Shown here one piece after another: positions 1 through 9,443 of a stretch of DNA of 64,000 nucleotides. The notes beneath the pieces are model-generated. The model had not been told where the DNA came from, made no database searches, and saw nothing but the letters and a program-made list of their open reading frames with translations. Within the stretch, counting starts at the first letter, position 1. Each line of letters opens with the position of its first letter. The position numbers and the translations under genes were made by a program. Origin of the DNA: Longimicrobiales bacterium (GTDB lineage Bacteria > Gemmatimonadota > Gemmatimonadetes > Longimicrobiales > Gaopeijiaceae); the NCBI GenBank assembly GCA_965249725.1, contig CBDFMQ010000002.1, positions 1,152,001 through 1,216,000 of the forward strand, in the 5' to 3' direction.

Positions 1-327
1 TGCCTGCGACGTCATGGTTATGTTGAGCGTTGTCGTCGAGCCGGCGCTTATGGAGACCCCGTCCTCCCGGTGATCACGGTAGCCGAGACTCGATACCACG
101 ACGGCGTAGGAGCCCGACGGTACGGATAGGGTGAACCTACCCGCATCGTTGGTGAGCGTCAGGGCGGTCCCGCTACCCAGGACCTCTACCCCGGCCGAGG
201 CCATGGGCATGCCCGTCTCCGCGTCGGTGATGGTCCCGGAAAGCGTTCCGGTCTGAGCAGTCGCTGGAATCGTTCCAACTAGAAGGAGTCCCAGCGTCGC
301 ACCGCACATCGCTAGCTTCAGGCGCAT
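1..327 (-). CDS. TonB-dependent receptor, N-terminal part (signal peptide plus carboxypeptidase-regulatory-like domain); runs off the window edge
   Basis: Not in the ORF track. Manual translation gives MRLKLAMCGATLGLLLVGTIPATAQTGTLSGTITDAETGMPMASAGVEV...TNDAGRFTLSVPSGSYAVVVSSLGY...LNITM, typical of SusC/TonB receptor N-termini. GAGAGG RBS upstream; frame open to base 1. Confidence 0.8.
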   Translation of the reverse strand, partial: MRLKLAMCGATLGLLLVGTIPATAQTGTLSGTITDAETGMPMASAGVEVLGSGTALTLTNDAGRFTLSVPSGSYAVVVSSLGYRDHREDGVSISAGSTTTLNITMTSQA

Positions 328-538
328 GACACGACCTCTCGATAAAAGGTGAGAGGACCGTTTGGGGACGTGTCCGACCCCAGCAGTCCATACCGTGAGG
401 CCCCGCTAAGCGCGCCCGGCACCGCCTCACGGGCGAGAGGGACAGACCCCACCGGGTTGCGACGCCAAGGTACACCCGGGACAATAGGTGAGCAACGTTG
501 TTTTACGCCGCCCTTTAAGCTTTCCCTAACGACCGATC

Positions 539-1513
539 ATGAGCTCGATTCCCCATATAGACGACGTGACCGCAGCCCGGGCGAGGATCTCCACGGCGGT
601 CCACCGAACGCCCACGGTTTCGAGCCGTAGTCTCTCGGAGCTGATCGGGCACCCTGTCTTCTTGAAGTGCGAGAATCTCCAGAAGACTGGTTCGTTCAAG
701 GTGAGAGGCGCGTTGAACCGCATCTTGGCCCTCGACGACGAGGCCCGGGAACGCGGCGTGGTGACGATTTCGGCGGGGAACCACGCCCAGGCCGTCGCCT
801 GGGCCGCTACCCGTACTGGGATTACATCGACCGTGGTCATGAACGCCGAGGCGTCGCCGACCAAGGCCCGCGCCACCGAGGGGTACGGAGGGGAGGTCAT
901 CCTCCAGGGCACGGTATTCGAGGCGTTCGAACTTGCGCTGGAGGTGGCCGAGACGCGCGGACTCACGTTCCTGCACGCCTTCGACGACCCGCTGATCGTC
1001 GCAGGCGCCGGTACACTCGGGCTGGAGATCGTCGAAGACGTGCCTGAGGTCACCACGGTAGTCGTGCCGATTGGCGGCGGTGGGCTCATCTCCGGCGTGG
1101 CCTTGGCTCTCGCGAGCGTCGGTCCGCGGGTCCGCGTCTTCGGGGTCGAACCCGAAGGAGCGTGCGCCATGCGGCAAAGCCTGGACAAGGGCGAGGCCGT
1201 CACGCTCGAAGGCGTGAACACCGTGGCGGACGGTCTGGGCGCACCCATGGCGGGCGAGCTCAACTACGAGATCGTGCGCCGCCACGTGGAGGACGTGGTC
1301 CTCGTGAGCGACAGTGAGATCCAGGAGGCCATGGCCTTCATCCTCGCCCGAGCGAAGCTCCTTACCGAACCGGCGGGGGCCGCCGCGGTGGCAGCCCTTC
1401 TCTCCGGGAGGATCCCACTGTCGGATGGGCCTGTGGTGGCTGTGCTCAGCGGGGGGAACGTCGACATGGACCGCCTCCCCGGTCTCCTGGCTGACGCGCC
1501 CCCTTCAGGCTGA
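539..1513 (+). CDS. PLP-dependent threonine/serine dehydratase family enzyme (fold type II, no ACT domain)
   Basis: LKCENLQKTGSFKVRGA (PLP lysine), SAGNHAQ, PIGGGGL and SGGNVD motifs; 324 aa. Confidence 0.9.
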   Translation: MSSIPHIDDVTAARARISTAVHRTPTVSSRSLSELIGHPVFLKCENLQKTGSFKVRGALNRILALDDEARERGVVTISAGNHAQAVAWAATRTGITSTVVMNAEASPTKARATEGYGGEVILQGTVFEAFELALEVAETRGLTFLHAFDDPLIVAGAGTLGLEIVEDVPEVTTVVVPIGGGGLISGVALALASVGPRVRVFGVEPEGACAMRQSLDKGEAVTLEGVNTVADGLGAPMAGELNYEIVRRHVEDVVLVSDSEIQEAMAFILARAKLLTEPAGAAAVAALLSGRIPLSDGPVVAVLSGGNVDMDRLPGLLADAPPSG

Positions 1514-1515
1514 CC

Positions 1516-2262
1516 ATGTGCCGGCTCACCGCATACGTGGGGGACCCCATCGAGGCCGATGCGTTGGTCTTCGGAGGCAGCCACTCCCTATACGAACAGA
1601 GCTACCTTCCGCAGGAGTTGACCTCCGGGACCGTCAACGCCGACGGATACGGAGTCGTGTGGTACCGTGGTGACACTCCGGTTCGAACGGGCGGGACCGT
1701 ACCCATCTGGCAGGACCGAGACTTGCGAGGGGTGCTGGCCGACAGCACCTCCCCGATGATCCTGGCCGCCGTTCGCAACGCGACCCCCGGTATTCCCGTG
1801 GACGACAGCGGCAACCTGCCGATCACCTACGGGAGATGGAGCTTCATTCTCAACGGCTTCGTCGACGACTTCCGGGCGAGCTACATGAGGATTCTCCGGT
1901 CTCGTCTCCCCGACGACCTGTACGGAGGTCTCCTCGGCGCCTCCGACAGCGAGACCCTGTTCCTGCTCGCGGTTTCGGCCCTCCGAGACGGCGCCGACCT
2001 CGGGGATGCACTCGAGCATGTACGCGCCGCCGTCATGGACGTCCTGTCCGGAGAACACCAGGCGCAACTCACCATGGTCCTGGCAGACGGCCAACGACTC
2101 GCCGCCGTCCGCACGGCCTCGGTCGAGAGTGTCAATTCACTCTACGTATCGGCCGGTCACCCCGTGGCCCCGGGTGGCACGCTGTTGGCTTCCGAGCGGT
2201 TGGATGATGACGCCTCGTGGGAGCCGGTGGATCCGCATCGGGTGCTACAGCTCGATCTGTAA
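1516..2262 (+). CDS. egtC: Ergothioneine biosynthesis amidohydrolase EgtC (Ntn class II glutamine amidotransferase)
   Basis: N-terminal MCRL nucleophile Cys, NADGYGVVWY, AAVRNATPG, SDSE and ASERLDD motifs; next to egtD/egtB. Confidence 0.88.
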   Translation: MCRLTAYVGDPIEADALVFGGSHSLYEQSYLPQELTSGTVNADGYGVVWYRGDTPVRTGGTVPIWQDRDLRGVLADSTSPMILAAVRNATPGIPVDDSGNLPITYGRWSFILNGFVDDFRASYMRILRSRLPDDLYGGLLGASDSETLFLLAVSALRDGADLGDALEHVRAAVMDVLSGEHQAQLTMVLADGQRLAAVRTASVESVNSLYVSAGHPVAPGGTLLASERLDDDASWEPVDPHRVLQLDL

Positions 2263-2305
2263 GGAGAGTGCGAGAGCCTCGATCCGAATGCCCGTCGTTC
2301 GGGTG

Positions 2306-3271
2306 TCAGACGGGCGTGCCCAACACCATCGCGTAGAGGCCACCCTCTTCTTCGCACCAACGATCCAGGCGTAGGCCGGACACATCGAACAACCCTTCGA
2401 TGGTCGGGCGGTCGTATTTGCAGCTGAGCTCGGTGCGAATCGTTTCACCTTGCTCGATACGCACACAACAGGAGCCCGGGATCTCCACCTCCTGAAGACT
2501 CAGCGCCTCCAGATGCATCTCGATCCGTCCAAAGTCTTCGGAGTAGAACGCCTTGTGCCGGAAGGCCGAGAGGTCGAAGTCGGTCCCCACCTCGCGGTTG
2601 AAGTTCGCGAGAATGTTGAGGTTGAACCGCTCGGTGATCCCCTGCGCGTCGTTGTAGGCGGCCTCGAGCCGGCCAATGCTCTTCCCCGCTCCCGGTCGGA
2701 GGTCCGCCCCCATCAAGAACGCGTCGCCGGCCTTCATGGATGATCGGACGTTAGCGAGAAGCGCGACGTCGGCCCCCGGCTCGAAGTTCCCCAGCGTGCT
2801 TCCCAACAGGGCGAAGAGCACCGGGGGCGACAGGTCATCGGCAAAGGCGAGCGGCGTGGTGATGTCCTTCACCTGTGGCCGGATCGTCAACGACGGATAG
2901 TCCCGGCCCAGAGCGGCGGCCGTCGCCGCGAGGAACTCTCCGGCGACATCCACGGGCGCATAGACCCGCCCCCGCCCCACCGCCGACATGGCCGACAAGA
3001 GGATCCGCGTCTTCTGAGCGCTTCCGGCACCGAGCTCCACGAGGGAGGTCGGAGCCAAGTCCACGAGCCAATGGGCCACGCTGTCCTGGAGCAGGCGACG
3101 CTCCGAACGGGTCAGGTAGTACTCGGGAAGCTGCGTTATCGCCTCGAAGAGTTCCGACCCCAGCGTGTCGTAGAAGTACTTCGAGGAGAGCTGCTTCTGC
3201 GGTTGCGTCAGCCCCCACCTGATGTCTTCGAGCATACGAGCACGAGCGCCCGCCTCCGCGTTCATCACCAT
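2306..3271 (-). CDS. egtD: L-histidine N-alpha-trimethyltransferase EgtD
   Basis: KQLSSKYFYDTLGSELFEAITQLPEYYLTR, LVELGAGSAQKT, LGSTLGNF, AYNDAQGIT, RIEMHL and IRTELSCKY motifs; own ATG at 3271 (or 3265) just after the shifted-frame egtB stop. Confidence 0.9.
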   Translation of the reverse strand: MVMNAEAGARARMLEDIRWGLTQPQKQLSSKYFYDTLGSELFEAITQLPEYYLTRSERRLLQDSVAHWLVDLAPTSLVELGAGSAQKTRILLSAMSAVGRGRVYAPVDVAGEFLAATAAALGRDYPSLTIRPQVKDITTPLAFADDLSPPVLFALLGSTLGNFEPGADVALLANVRSSMKAGDAFLMGADLRPGAGKSIGRLEAAYNDAQGITERFNLNILANFNREVGTDFDLSAFRHKAFYSEDFGRIEMHLEALSLQEVEIPGSCCVRIEQGETIRTELSCKYDRPTIEGLFDVSGLRLDRWCEEEGGLYAMVLGTPV

Positions 3272-3278
3272 GAGACCT

Positions 3279-4597
3279 TCAGGCGTCCCTGGCACATCGA
3301 AACCCGCTGAAGATCTGACGGCGGATCGGGTAGTCCCAGTTCTGAACGTGCCTCGAATCGCGCCGGTCCGGGTGGCCCAGGCACCGCCACGAAGGACCTT
3401 GTACTCGTTTCCGAAGAAGACCTCGGAGTACTCGGGATAGGGGAAGGTCTCGAATCCGGCATACCCCCCGAAGTCCGACGACGTCCACTCCCATACGTCA
3501 CCGATCATGCCGTAACAGCCTATTGGAGACACGTTGCGCGGGTAACTCCCGACTGGAGCCGTTTGGAACGAGAGGGCGTCGATGTTGGCCAACTCGCGAG
3601 TGGGCGGCTCATCACCCCAGGGAAAGGAACTCTTCGAACCGGCCTTCGGATCCCAGGTTGCCGCCGCCTCCCATTCGATTTCGGTAGGCAGCCTCTTGCC
3701 TGCGAACCTCGCATATGCCTCCGCCTCGTGGAAGCACACGTGGCAGACCGGACGCGACGGGTCGAGCGTCCGCACGCGATCCATGGTGCGCACCGTCCAC
3801 CCTGCCCCGTTTCGCCGCCAGTGCTTCGGCGCTTCGACCCCGGCCTCCTCGAGCCAGGCCCAGCCCTCCTCCGACCAGTGCTCTCGCTCCCGGTACCCCC
3901 CGGCTGCGATGAAATCACGGAAGGCCCCCTCTGTCACAGGCGCGGCGTCGATCGAAAAGGGCGCCAGATCGACTTCGTGCTTGGGCCGCTCATTGTCGTA
4001 GGCCGCGCTCCGATCGTCGGTGCCGACCTCCACTCGGCCGCCCGGAAAGTCCACCATTGCGTCGAACGGATGGGTCGCGGGGGATTCTGGCACCGACCAC
4101 CGATGCGGCGGCGAGTACGGCTCTCCGCGTTTCAGCTGAAGCGTCTGGAGTATCGTCTCGTTGTGCTGATACTCGTGCTGCAGCACCATCCGAAAAACGA
4201 ACCCGTCGCGCAGCAGGGCGTCGTCGCTGGCCATATCGAGCGTGGGGAGCAGATCCATGACGCTGGCCCGGGCCCGCTTCAGCAGCTCACGGCATTCGCC
4301 GAGACCGGGCAGCTCGAGGGAAGCTCGCACGCTCCGGGGGTTCTCGAAGGGATTGTACATGCCTCTGAGTCCTTCGGACCCGTCCGATCCCCGCTCCACA
4401 CTTTCCACCAGCCAGACCTCTTCGAAGTGACCGATATGCCCGAGGTCCCAGATGATGGGGCTCATGAGCGGATCATGCTGTACGAGCAGATCATCGTCCG
4501 AGACGGTGCCGACGAGCAGGAGCGTTCGCTCCCGCGCCTCGGTCAGCAGGTCGATGAGCTCGGCCTCCCCGAGGCGTCGACCACTATGGAGATGCAT
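3279..4597 (-). CDS. egtB: Ergothioneine sulfoxide synthase EgtB (type I), with a 1-nt frameshift at about 3340
   Basis: QHDPLMSPIIWDLGH and QHEYQHNE iron ligands, RSVR (RxxR), FGE-sulfatase domain (GDVWEWT, VLRGGAW). The conserved tail NWDYPIRRQIFSGFRCARDA* is in another frame, ending at TGA 3279-3281. Confidence 0.9.
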
Positions 4598-4737
4598 TGG
4601 CTCTACTCCTCTTTCCGACCCCGACCCGTTGCTCGGCGCCAGAAACTAACCCAGCCCGACGGAGCGACGAACCCCAGGCTTCTGCGCCCGGCGGCGGACA
4701 CGGCTGCGGATTCGGCGTTCCCGAGCTATCGTTGGGA

Positions 4738-5502
4738 ATGCTCGACGAAGCCCTACCAGAGGACGCCCCTGCGCTGTCCGCCCAAGCCGTTGAAAAGCGG
4801 TACGGCACCGTGCCCATCCTCGATGGAGTGTCGCTGACCGTGGCCAAGCGTGAGATGATGGCCTTGGTGGGTGAGAGTGGTGCCGGGAAGACCACGCTGC
4901 TCCGCCTGTTCAACCGCATGGTATCAGCCGATTCCGGCGAGGTTGCGATAGGGGGCCGGGAGATCGGGACGCTGAACCCTGTCCGGCTCCGCCGCTCTAT
5001 CGGATACGTGCAGCAGGAGGGCGGTCTCATCCCCCACTGGACGGTGCTACGGAACGTGGCCCTCGTCCCATGGCTGCGCACGATGGGGTCACCCCGGGAC
5101 CTGGCCCTGAAGGCACTGCGGTTGGTCGGGCTCCCTCCGGAGGAGTTCGCCAAGCGACGCCCTCGAGAGCTCTCCGGCGGTGAACGCCAGAGGGTGGCCC
5201 TCGCACGGGCCTTAGCCGCCGAGCCCGAGATCATTCTGCTCGATGAACCTTTCCGTGCGTTGGATGCCATCACACGCGCGGAACTGATCAAGGTCGTACA
5301 GGCGCTGCTCCACGAACTCGGTGTCACCGTGCTCATGGTCACGCACGACATTCGCAGCGCCATCCACATGGCCGACAAAGTGGCGGTCCTTCGGGGCGGA
5401 CGGCTCGAGCAAGTGGCCACTCCTGATGTGATTCGCGACGCGCCCGCCACCGACTACGTACGGCACCTACTCGAGCGGGCCGGCGCCGGAGAGGTCGAAT
5501 GA
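4738..5502 (+). CDS. ABC transporter ATP-binding subunit, osmoprotectant (OpuA/OsmV/EgtV-like)
   Basis: Walker A GESGAGKT, LRRSIGYVQQEGGLIPHWTV, LSGGERQR, LLDEPF; the ATG at 4738 is more likely than the ORF-track start at 4597. Confidence 0.88.
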   Translation: MLDEALPEDAPALSAQAVEKRYGTVPILDGVSLTVAKREMMALVGESGAGKTTLLRLFNRMVSADSGEVAIGGREIGTLNPVRLRRSIGYVQQEGGLIPHWTVLRNVALVPWLRTMGSPRDLALKALRLVGLPPEEFAKRRPRELSGGERQRVALARALAAEPEIILLDEPFRALDAITRAELIKVVQALLHELGVTVLMVTHDIRSAIHMADKVAVLRGGRLEQVATPDVIRDAPATDYVRHLLERAGAGEVE

Positions 5503-7079
5503 TCGGGCGTAACACCCTCCTGCTCGCACTTGCCACCCTCCTACTGGGTTCGGCAGTGATCCCCGCACAGATCTCGGCGCAGCGCCGCCCGCTCGTCGTG
5601 GCTTCGAAGCCGTTCGGAGAGTCGTTCATTCTGGCGGAGATGTTCTCCCAGCTTCTGGAAAGCCGGGGGATCACCGTCGAGCGCCGGCTGGGCCTGGGAG
5701 CAACGGAGATCGCTTTTCAAGCGCTTCGCAGCGGCGCCATCGACGTCTACCCCGAGTACTCCGGGACGGGGCTGGTGGCGATTCTCGACCAGACCCCTGA
5801 GGGGACCCCGGAGCAGGTATTTCGCACCGTCTCGAGGGCCTTCCGGGAGCGGTGGGGAATCCACTGGCTGCCCCCATTGGGGTTCGAGAACACGTATGCC
5901 ATCGCCGTGAGACCGACCTCAGCCGAGAGCGACAGCCTACGATCCCTCTCGGACCTGGCGGAAGTGGCCCCAGAGTACGTCGGCGGGTTCTCACCTGATT
6001 TCATCGGTCGGTCGGACGGACTGCCGGGGCTGGAAGGGGCGTACGGGCTACGACTACGGGAAGTGAGATCGCTCCTCCAGGCGGTCAAATACGAGGCGGT
6101 GTCCCGGGGGGAGGTCGATGTGATCGACGGGTATTCCACCGACGGTCTCATCGATCGATTCGATCTCACGGTCCTGACCGACGACCTGGAGTTCTTCCCT
6201 CCCTACCAGGCGGCTGCGGTGGTAGGACGCAACCTCTGGCAGGCCCGCCCGGACGCCGTACGGGCTCTCTCCGAACTCTCGGGGACCCTGGACGAGGAGC
6301 TGATGCGTCGGCTCAACCGCCGGGTCGAGGTCGACGGCGAGGAATTTGCTAGTGTGGCTCGCGACGCGCTGACCGAGATCGGTCTCGTAGGCGGCCCCGC
6401 CGTGCGGATCGTGACCGACGACGCGGTGACCGAAACGTCACTGGGCACCTACCTGTGGGAGCACCGGGAGCAAACGGCGGCGCTTACGGGACGACACCTC
6501 CTTCTCGTGATCGTCTCGCTCTTGGCAGCATGCCTCGTGGCGATTCCGCTGGGGTTGGTGCTGGACAAGACGGAGCGCCGGGCCGAGGTGGTCATCCGGG
6601 GGGTGGGTCTGTTTCAGACGATCCCCAGCATCGCTCTGCTTGCCTTCATGATTCCCATGCTGGGAATCGGTGTAGTCCCGGCGCTGGTGGCCCTATTCCT
6701 CTATTCGCTGTTCCCCATTCTCAGGAACACCTACACCGGCATTCGCGATGCCGACCCGGCCGCCATCGACTCGGCACGTTCGTTGGGCATGACCAACAGT
6801 CAGATCCTGCGTTACATCCGCTTTCCGCTGGCCGTGCCCATCATCATGGCCGGTGTCCGTACCGCCGCGGTCATCACGGTGGGGACAGCCACGCTGGCGG
6901 CGTTCATCGGTGCCGGCGGCCTAGGAGATCCCATCGTGGCAGGGCTCGCTCTCAGCGACACCCAGATGATCCTGTCGGGAGCCCTCCCCGCGGCTATCCT
7001 CGCGTTCCTCGTGGACGGTGCGTTGGGCGTCTTGGAGCGAGTGGTCACCCCGGCCGGCCTCACCATCAGAAGACAATAG
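5499..7079 (+). CDS. Fused substrate-binding protein plus permease of a glycine betaine/ergothioneine-type ABC importer
   Basis: Signal peptide; OpuAC/OsmF motifs YPEYSGTG, GFENTYAIAV, YSTDG, FFPPY; C-terminal permease QTIPSIAL, SARSLGMT, FIGAGGLG; ATGA overlap with the ATPase. Confidence 0.9.
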   Translation: MIGRNTLLLALATLLLGSAVIPAQISAQRRPLVVASKPFGESFILAEMFSQLLESRGITVERRLGLGATEIAFQALRSGAIDVYPEYSGTGLVAILDQTPEGTPEQVFRTVSRAFRERWGIHWLPPLGFENTYAIAVRPTSAESDSLRSLSDLAEVAPEYVGGFSPDFIGRSDGLPGLEGAYGLRLREVRSLLQAVKYEAVSRGEVDVIDGYSTDGLIDRFDLTVLTDDLEFFPPYQAAAVVGRNLWQARPDAVRALSELSGTLDEELMRRLNRRVEVDGEEFASVARDALTEIGLVGGPAVRIVTDDAVTETSLGTYLWEHREQTAALTGRHLLLVIVSLLAACLVAIPLGLVLDKTERRAEVVIRGVGLFQTIPSIALLAFMIPMLGIGVVPALVALFLYSLFPILRNTYTGIRDADPAAIDSARSLGMTNSQILRYIRFPLAVPIIMAGVRTAAVITVGTATLAAFIGAGGLGDPIVAGLALSDTQMILSGALPAAILAFLVDGALGVLERVVTPAGLTIRRQ

Positions 7080-7116
7080 TGTTCCGAAGGCCCGGCAACC
7101 CCACCCCGCAGCCCCG

Positions 7117-9228
7117 ATGACCTCGACACCGCCCGAGGGGGCGCGCCCCGAGACGGCGAGCGGGGGTTGGGTGGTGCGAGCCCAACAGGCCCTGGGTCTG
7201 GCCATCCTTCTGTTCGCCTTCGCCCCCATCTACCGGATCATGGACACGTCGGCCGAAGCGCCTCACAGGGAGGTGAGCGTCGAGGTCGCAGAGGTGACGC
7301 TCCAACTGGCCTGGTGGGGCACCATCGTGATCGTGCTCCTAGCTTGGCTCTTGGCTCGGCTCTTCTCGTCGCGAATCCCGCGGATCGCGGGCAACCGCGT
7401 TCTCGACTGGATCGATCGGCCCACGAGCGGGGTGTTCGCCCTGTCGCTGGGAGCCGTCGCAGGTGTGGTCGCACTGGTCACCGGACGTGCACTCTATCGG
7501 GGCTTCTTCACCAACGTCGACGAGATCGCTTCAGCGATCCAAGCGCGCTACCTCGCCCAGGGCATGCTGGGCGGCCCCATCTCGTCGGCCCCGGACGCCT
7601 GGCTGATCCCCAACACCCTGATGGTGTCCGAGGGGTGGGTGTCCCACTTCCCACCCATGCACCTGTTCGCCATGGCCGCTTTCACTCGGCTGGGCGCTCC
7701 GATGCTCCTGGGGCCCCTTTTTGCCGCGGCCCTGGCCTGGTTCATAGCACTGTCGTTCCCGCGTCTCCTTCCGGACCGACGCGGGCTCGCCCGCCTCGCA
7801 TCAGTGGCCGTGGCGCTGAGTCCCTTCCTACTGTTCCTGGGAGGCGGATCGATGAGCCATGTGTCCGCCGGCGCGTTCGGAGCCGCAGCGCTCTACTCGG
7901 CTCTCCGGGCGCGCGACGGCAGCCCATGGTGGGCAGTAGGGGCCGGAGCCGCCGTAGGGCTCATGGTGTCGGACCGACCCTTGATCGGCCTCGTGCTGGG
8001 GAGCGTCTTCACCCTCGGGGTGTGGGTCCCTCATGCCCTGCGCGCGGGCACGCCCCCTAGGACCTGGCTGGCGACGCGGGCGGGGCTGACGTTGCTCGGC
8101 GGTGCGCCGTTCGCGGTCATGCTCGGCTGGTACAACAGCAGGCTGTTCGGCAGTCCCTCGAGGCTCGGGTACCTCGCCGCCTTCGGAGACCATCACCGAC
8201 TCGGCTTCCACATGGACCCGTGGGGCTACCCGTACACCCTCGAAGAGGCCCTGGGTTTTACCTCTTCCGATGTCTTGAGCATGGGCATCCAGCTCCTGGA
8301 GACACCGTTTCCGATCACGGTATTCGTCGGGCTATATCTCCTTACGGTGTTCAGGCTTCCCAGGGGCATGGGGCTCCTTCTGGCGTGGGCCACTCTGCCG
8401 ATACTCGCCAACGCGTACTACTGGTTTCACGATGTGCGTATGCTGTTCGAGGCCGCCCCGGCGTGGATCGCCATAGCTGTGCTGGCGGCCGTCGGGCTGG
8501 CACGAGGCGAGGGGCCCTCCAACCGATGGGTCAAGGACATGGCCGCATGGGCGATCGTCCTGGCGGTCGTCGGTGCGGCAGCGTGGGGGGTGCCCACTCG
8601 CTGGGGCAGCTACAAATGGAGCCAAGAGACCCTCGACCGCATCACGCCGCCCCGACCCGCGACAGAATCGGCCGCGATCGTGTTCGTGCATACGTCCTGG
8701 AACGAGCGTCTGAGCGCGTCGCTTCAGGGCACCGGTGGTGTGCGTCAAGACACGGTAATCACCGCGCTGCGGAGGAACACGAACTGCCAGTTGCACCTGT
8801 ATGCGCTGGCGCGTGAGGCAGCGGCGTCCGGATCCAACGTGGCGATGCCGCCGGTCGATCTAAACCAGATTCCCGGCACCCCTTCCGACATCCAGCGACC
8901 CGCCGCCCCAGCCGGAGCGACCCCGCGGATTCGTCCCAACGAGGTCTTTCCGGACTCGTGTATGCAGCAGCTCCGTGCCGACCGCTTCGGCGCGGTAGCA
9001 CTCGCTCCTCTCGTGTGGCAGGGAGACCTCCCGGGCATCGAAGAGGGTCGCACGCTCTACGTCCGGGATCTGGGCCCGGACAAGAACCGACGGGTACTCG
9101 CGCAGTACCCGGATCGGGCGCCCTTCGTGTTCGTCCCCAAGGCCCCCGACGCTCAGCCGGAGATCGTTCCCTACGCCGAGGCCATGGCGATTCTGTGGGG
9201 CCCTGCCCCGCCTGGTCCGACGCCGTAG
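7117..9228 (+). CDS. Polytopic membrane protein, probable GT-C fold (ArnT/PMT-like) glycosyltransferase
   Basis: About 12 hydrophobic segments, NVDE acidic motif in an early loop, SHFPP, soluble C-terminal domain; start uncertain. Confidence 0.55.
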   Translation: MTSTPPEGARPETASGGWVVRAQQALGLAILLFAFAPIYRIMDTSAEAPHREVSVEVAEVTLQLAWWGTIVIVLLAWLLARLFSSRIPRIAGNRVLDWIDRPTSGVFALSLGAVAGVVALVTGRALYRGFFTNVDEIASAIQARYLAQGMLGGPISSAPDAWLIPNTLMVSEGWVSHFPPMHLFAMAAFTRLGAPMLLGPLFAAALAWFIALSFPRLLPDRRGLARLASVAVALSPFLLFLGGGSMSHVSAGAFGAAALYSALRARDGSPWWAVGAGAAVGLMVSDRPLIGLVLGSVFTLGVWVPHALRAGTPPRTWLATRAGLTLLGGAPFAVMLGWYNSRLFGSPSRLGYLAAFGDHHRLGFHMDPWGYPYTLEEALGFTSSDVLSMGIQLLETPFPITVFVGLYLLTVFRLPRGMGLLLAWATLPILANAYYWFHDVRMLFEAAPAWIAIAVLAAVGLARGEGPSNRWVKDMAAWAIVLAVVGAAAWGVPTRWGSYKWSQETLDRITPPRPATESAAIVFVHTSWNERLSASLQGTGGVRQDTVITALRRNTNCQLHLYALAREAAASGSNVAMPPVDLNQIPGTPSDIQRPAAPAGATPRIRPNEVFPDSCMQQLRADRFGAVALAPLVWQGDLPGIEEGRTLYVRDLGPDKNRRVLAQYPDRAPFVFVPKAPDAQPEIVPYAEAMAILWGPAPPGPTP

Positions 9229-9443
9229 AGGACCGCTCCGCCGGACCCGAGCCCAAAGGCCCGCACGACCGCCAGATCCGCCTCCGACGCGGATGGGGCT
9301 GCGGGTGTGCAGTCACCCGAAGCGCTCTCCACCGTACGTATATCGATCCATGCAGTCGGACGTGTCGCAAAGCTCACGTTGAGGCGGTATGAGAAGGCAG
9401 GAACCGGTCGGAGCCGAAGGGCCCAGGGGTTTGGGGAGGCGAG

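Noticed and set aside
2306..4597. Novel natural EgtB-EgtD fusion protein (763 aa ORF)
   Set aside because: The conserved EgtB C-terminus and stop are intact in another frame and egtD has its own ATG. One missing base explains the fusion.
3279..4597. Selenoneine synthase SenA, given the evidence of selenium use in the window
   Set aside because: No senB or senC/selD is adjacent. The type-I gamma-Glu-Cys motifs and egtC point to ergothioneine.
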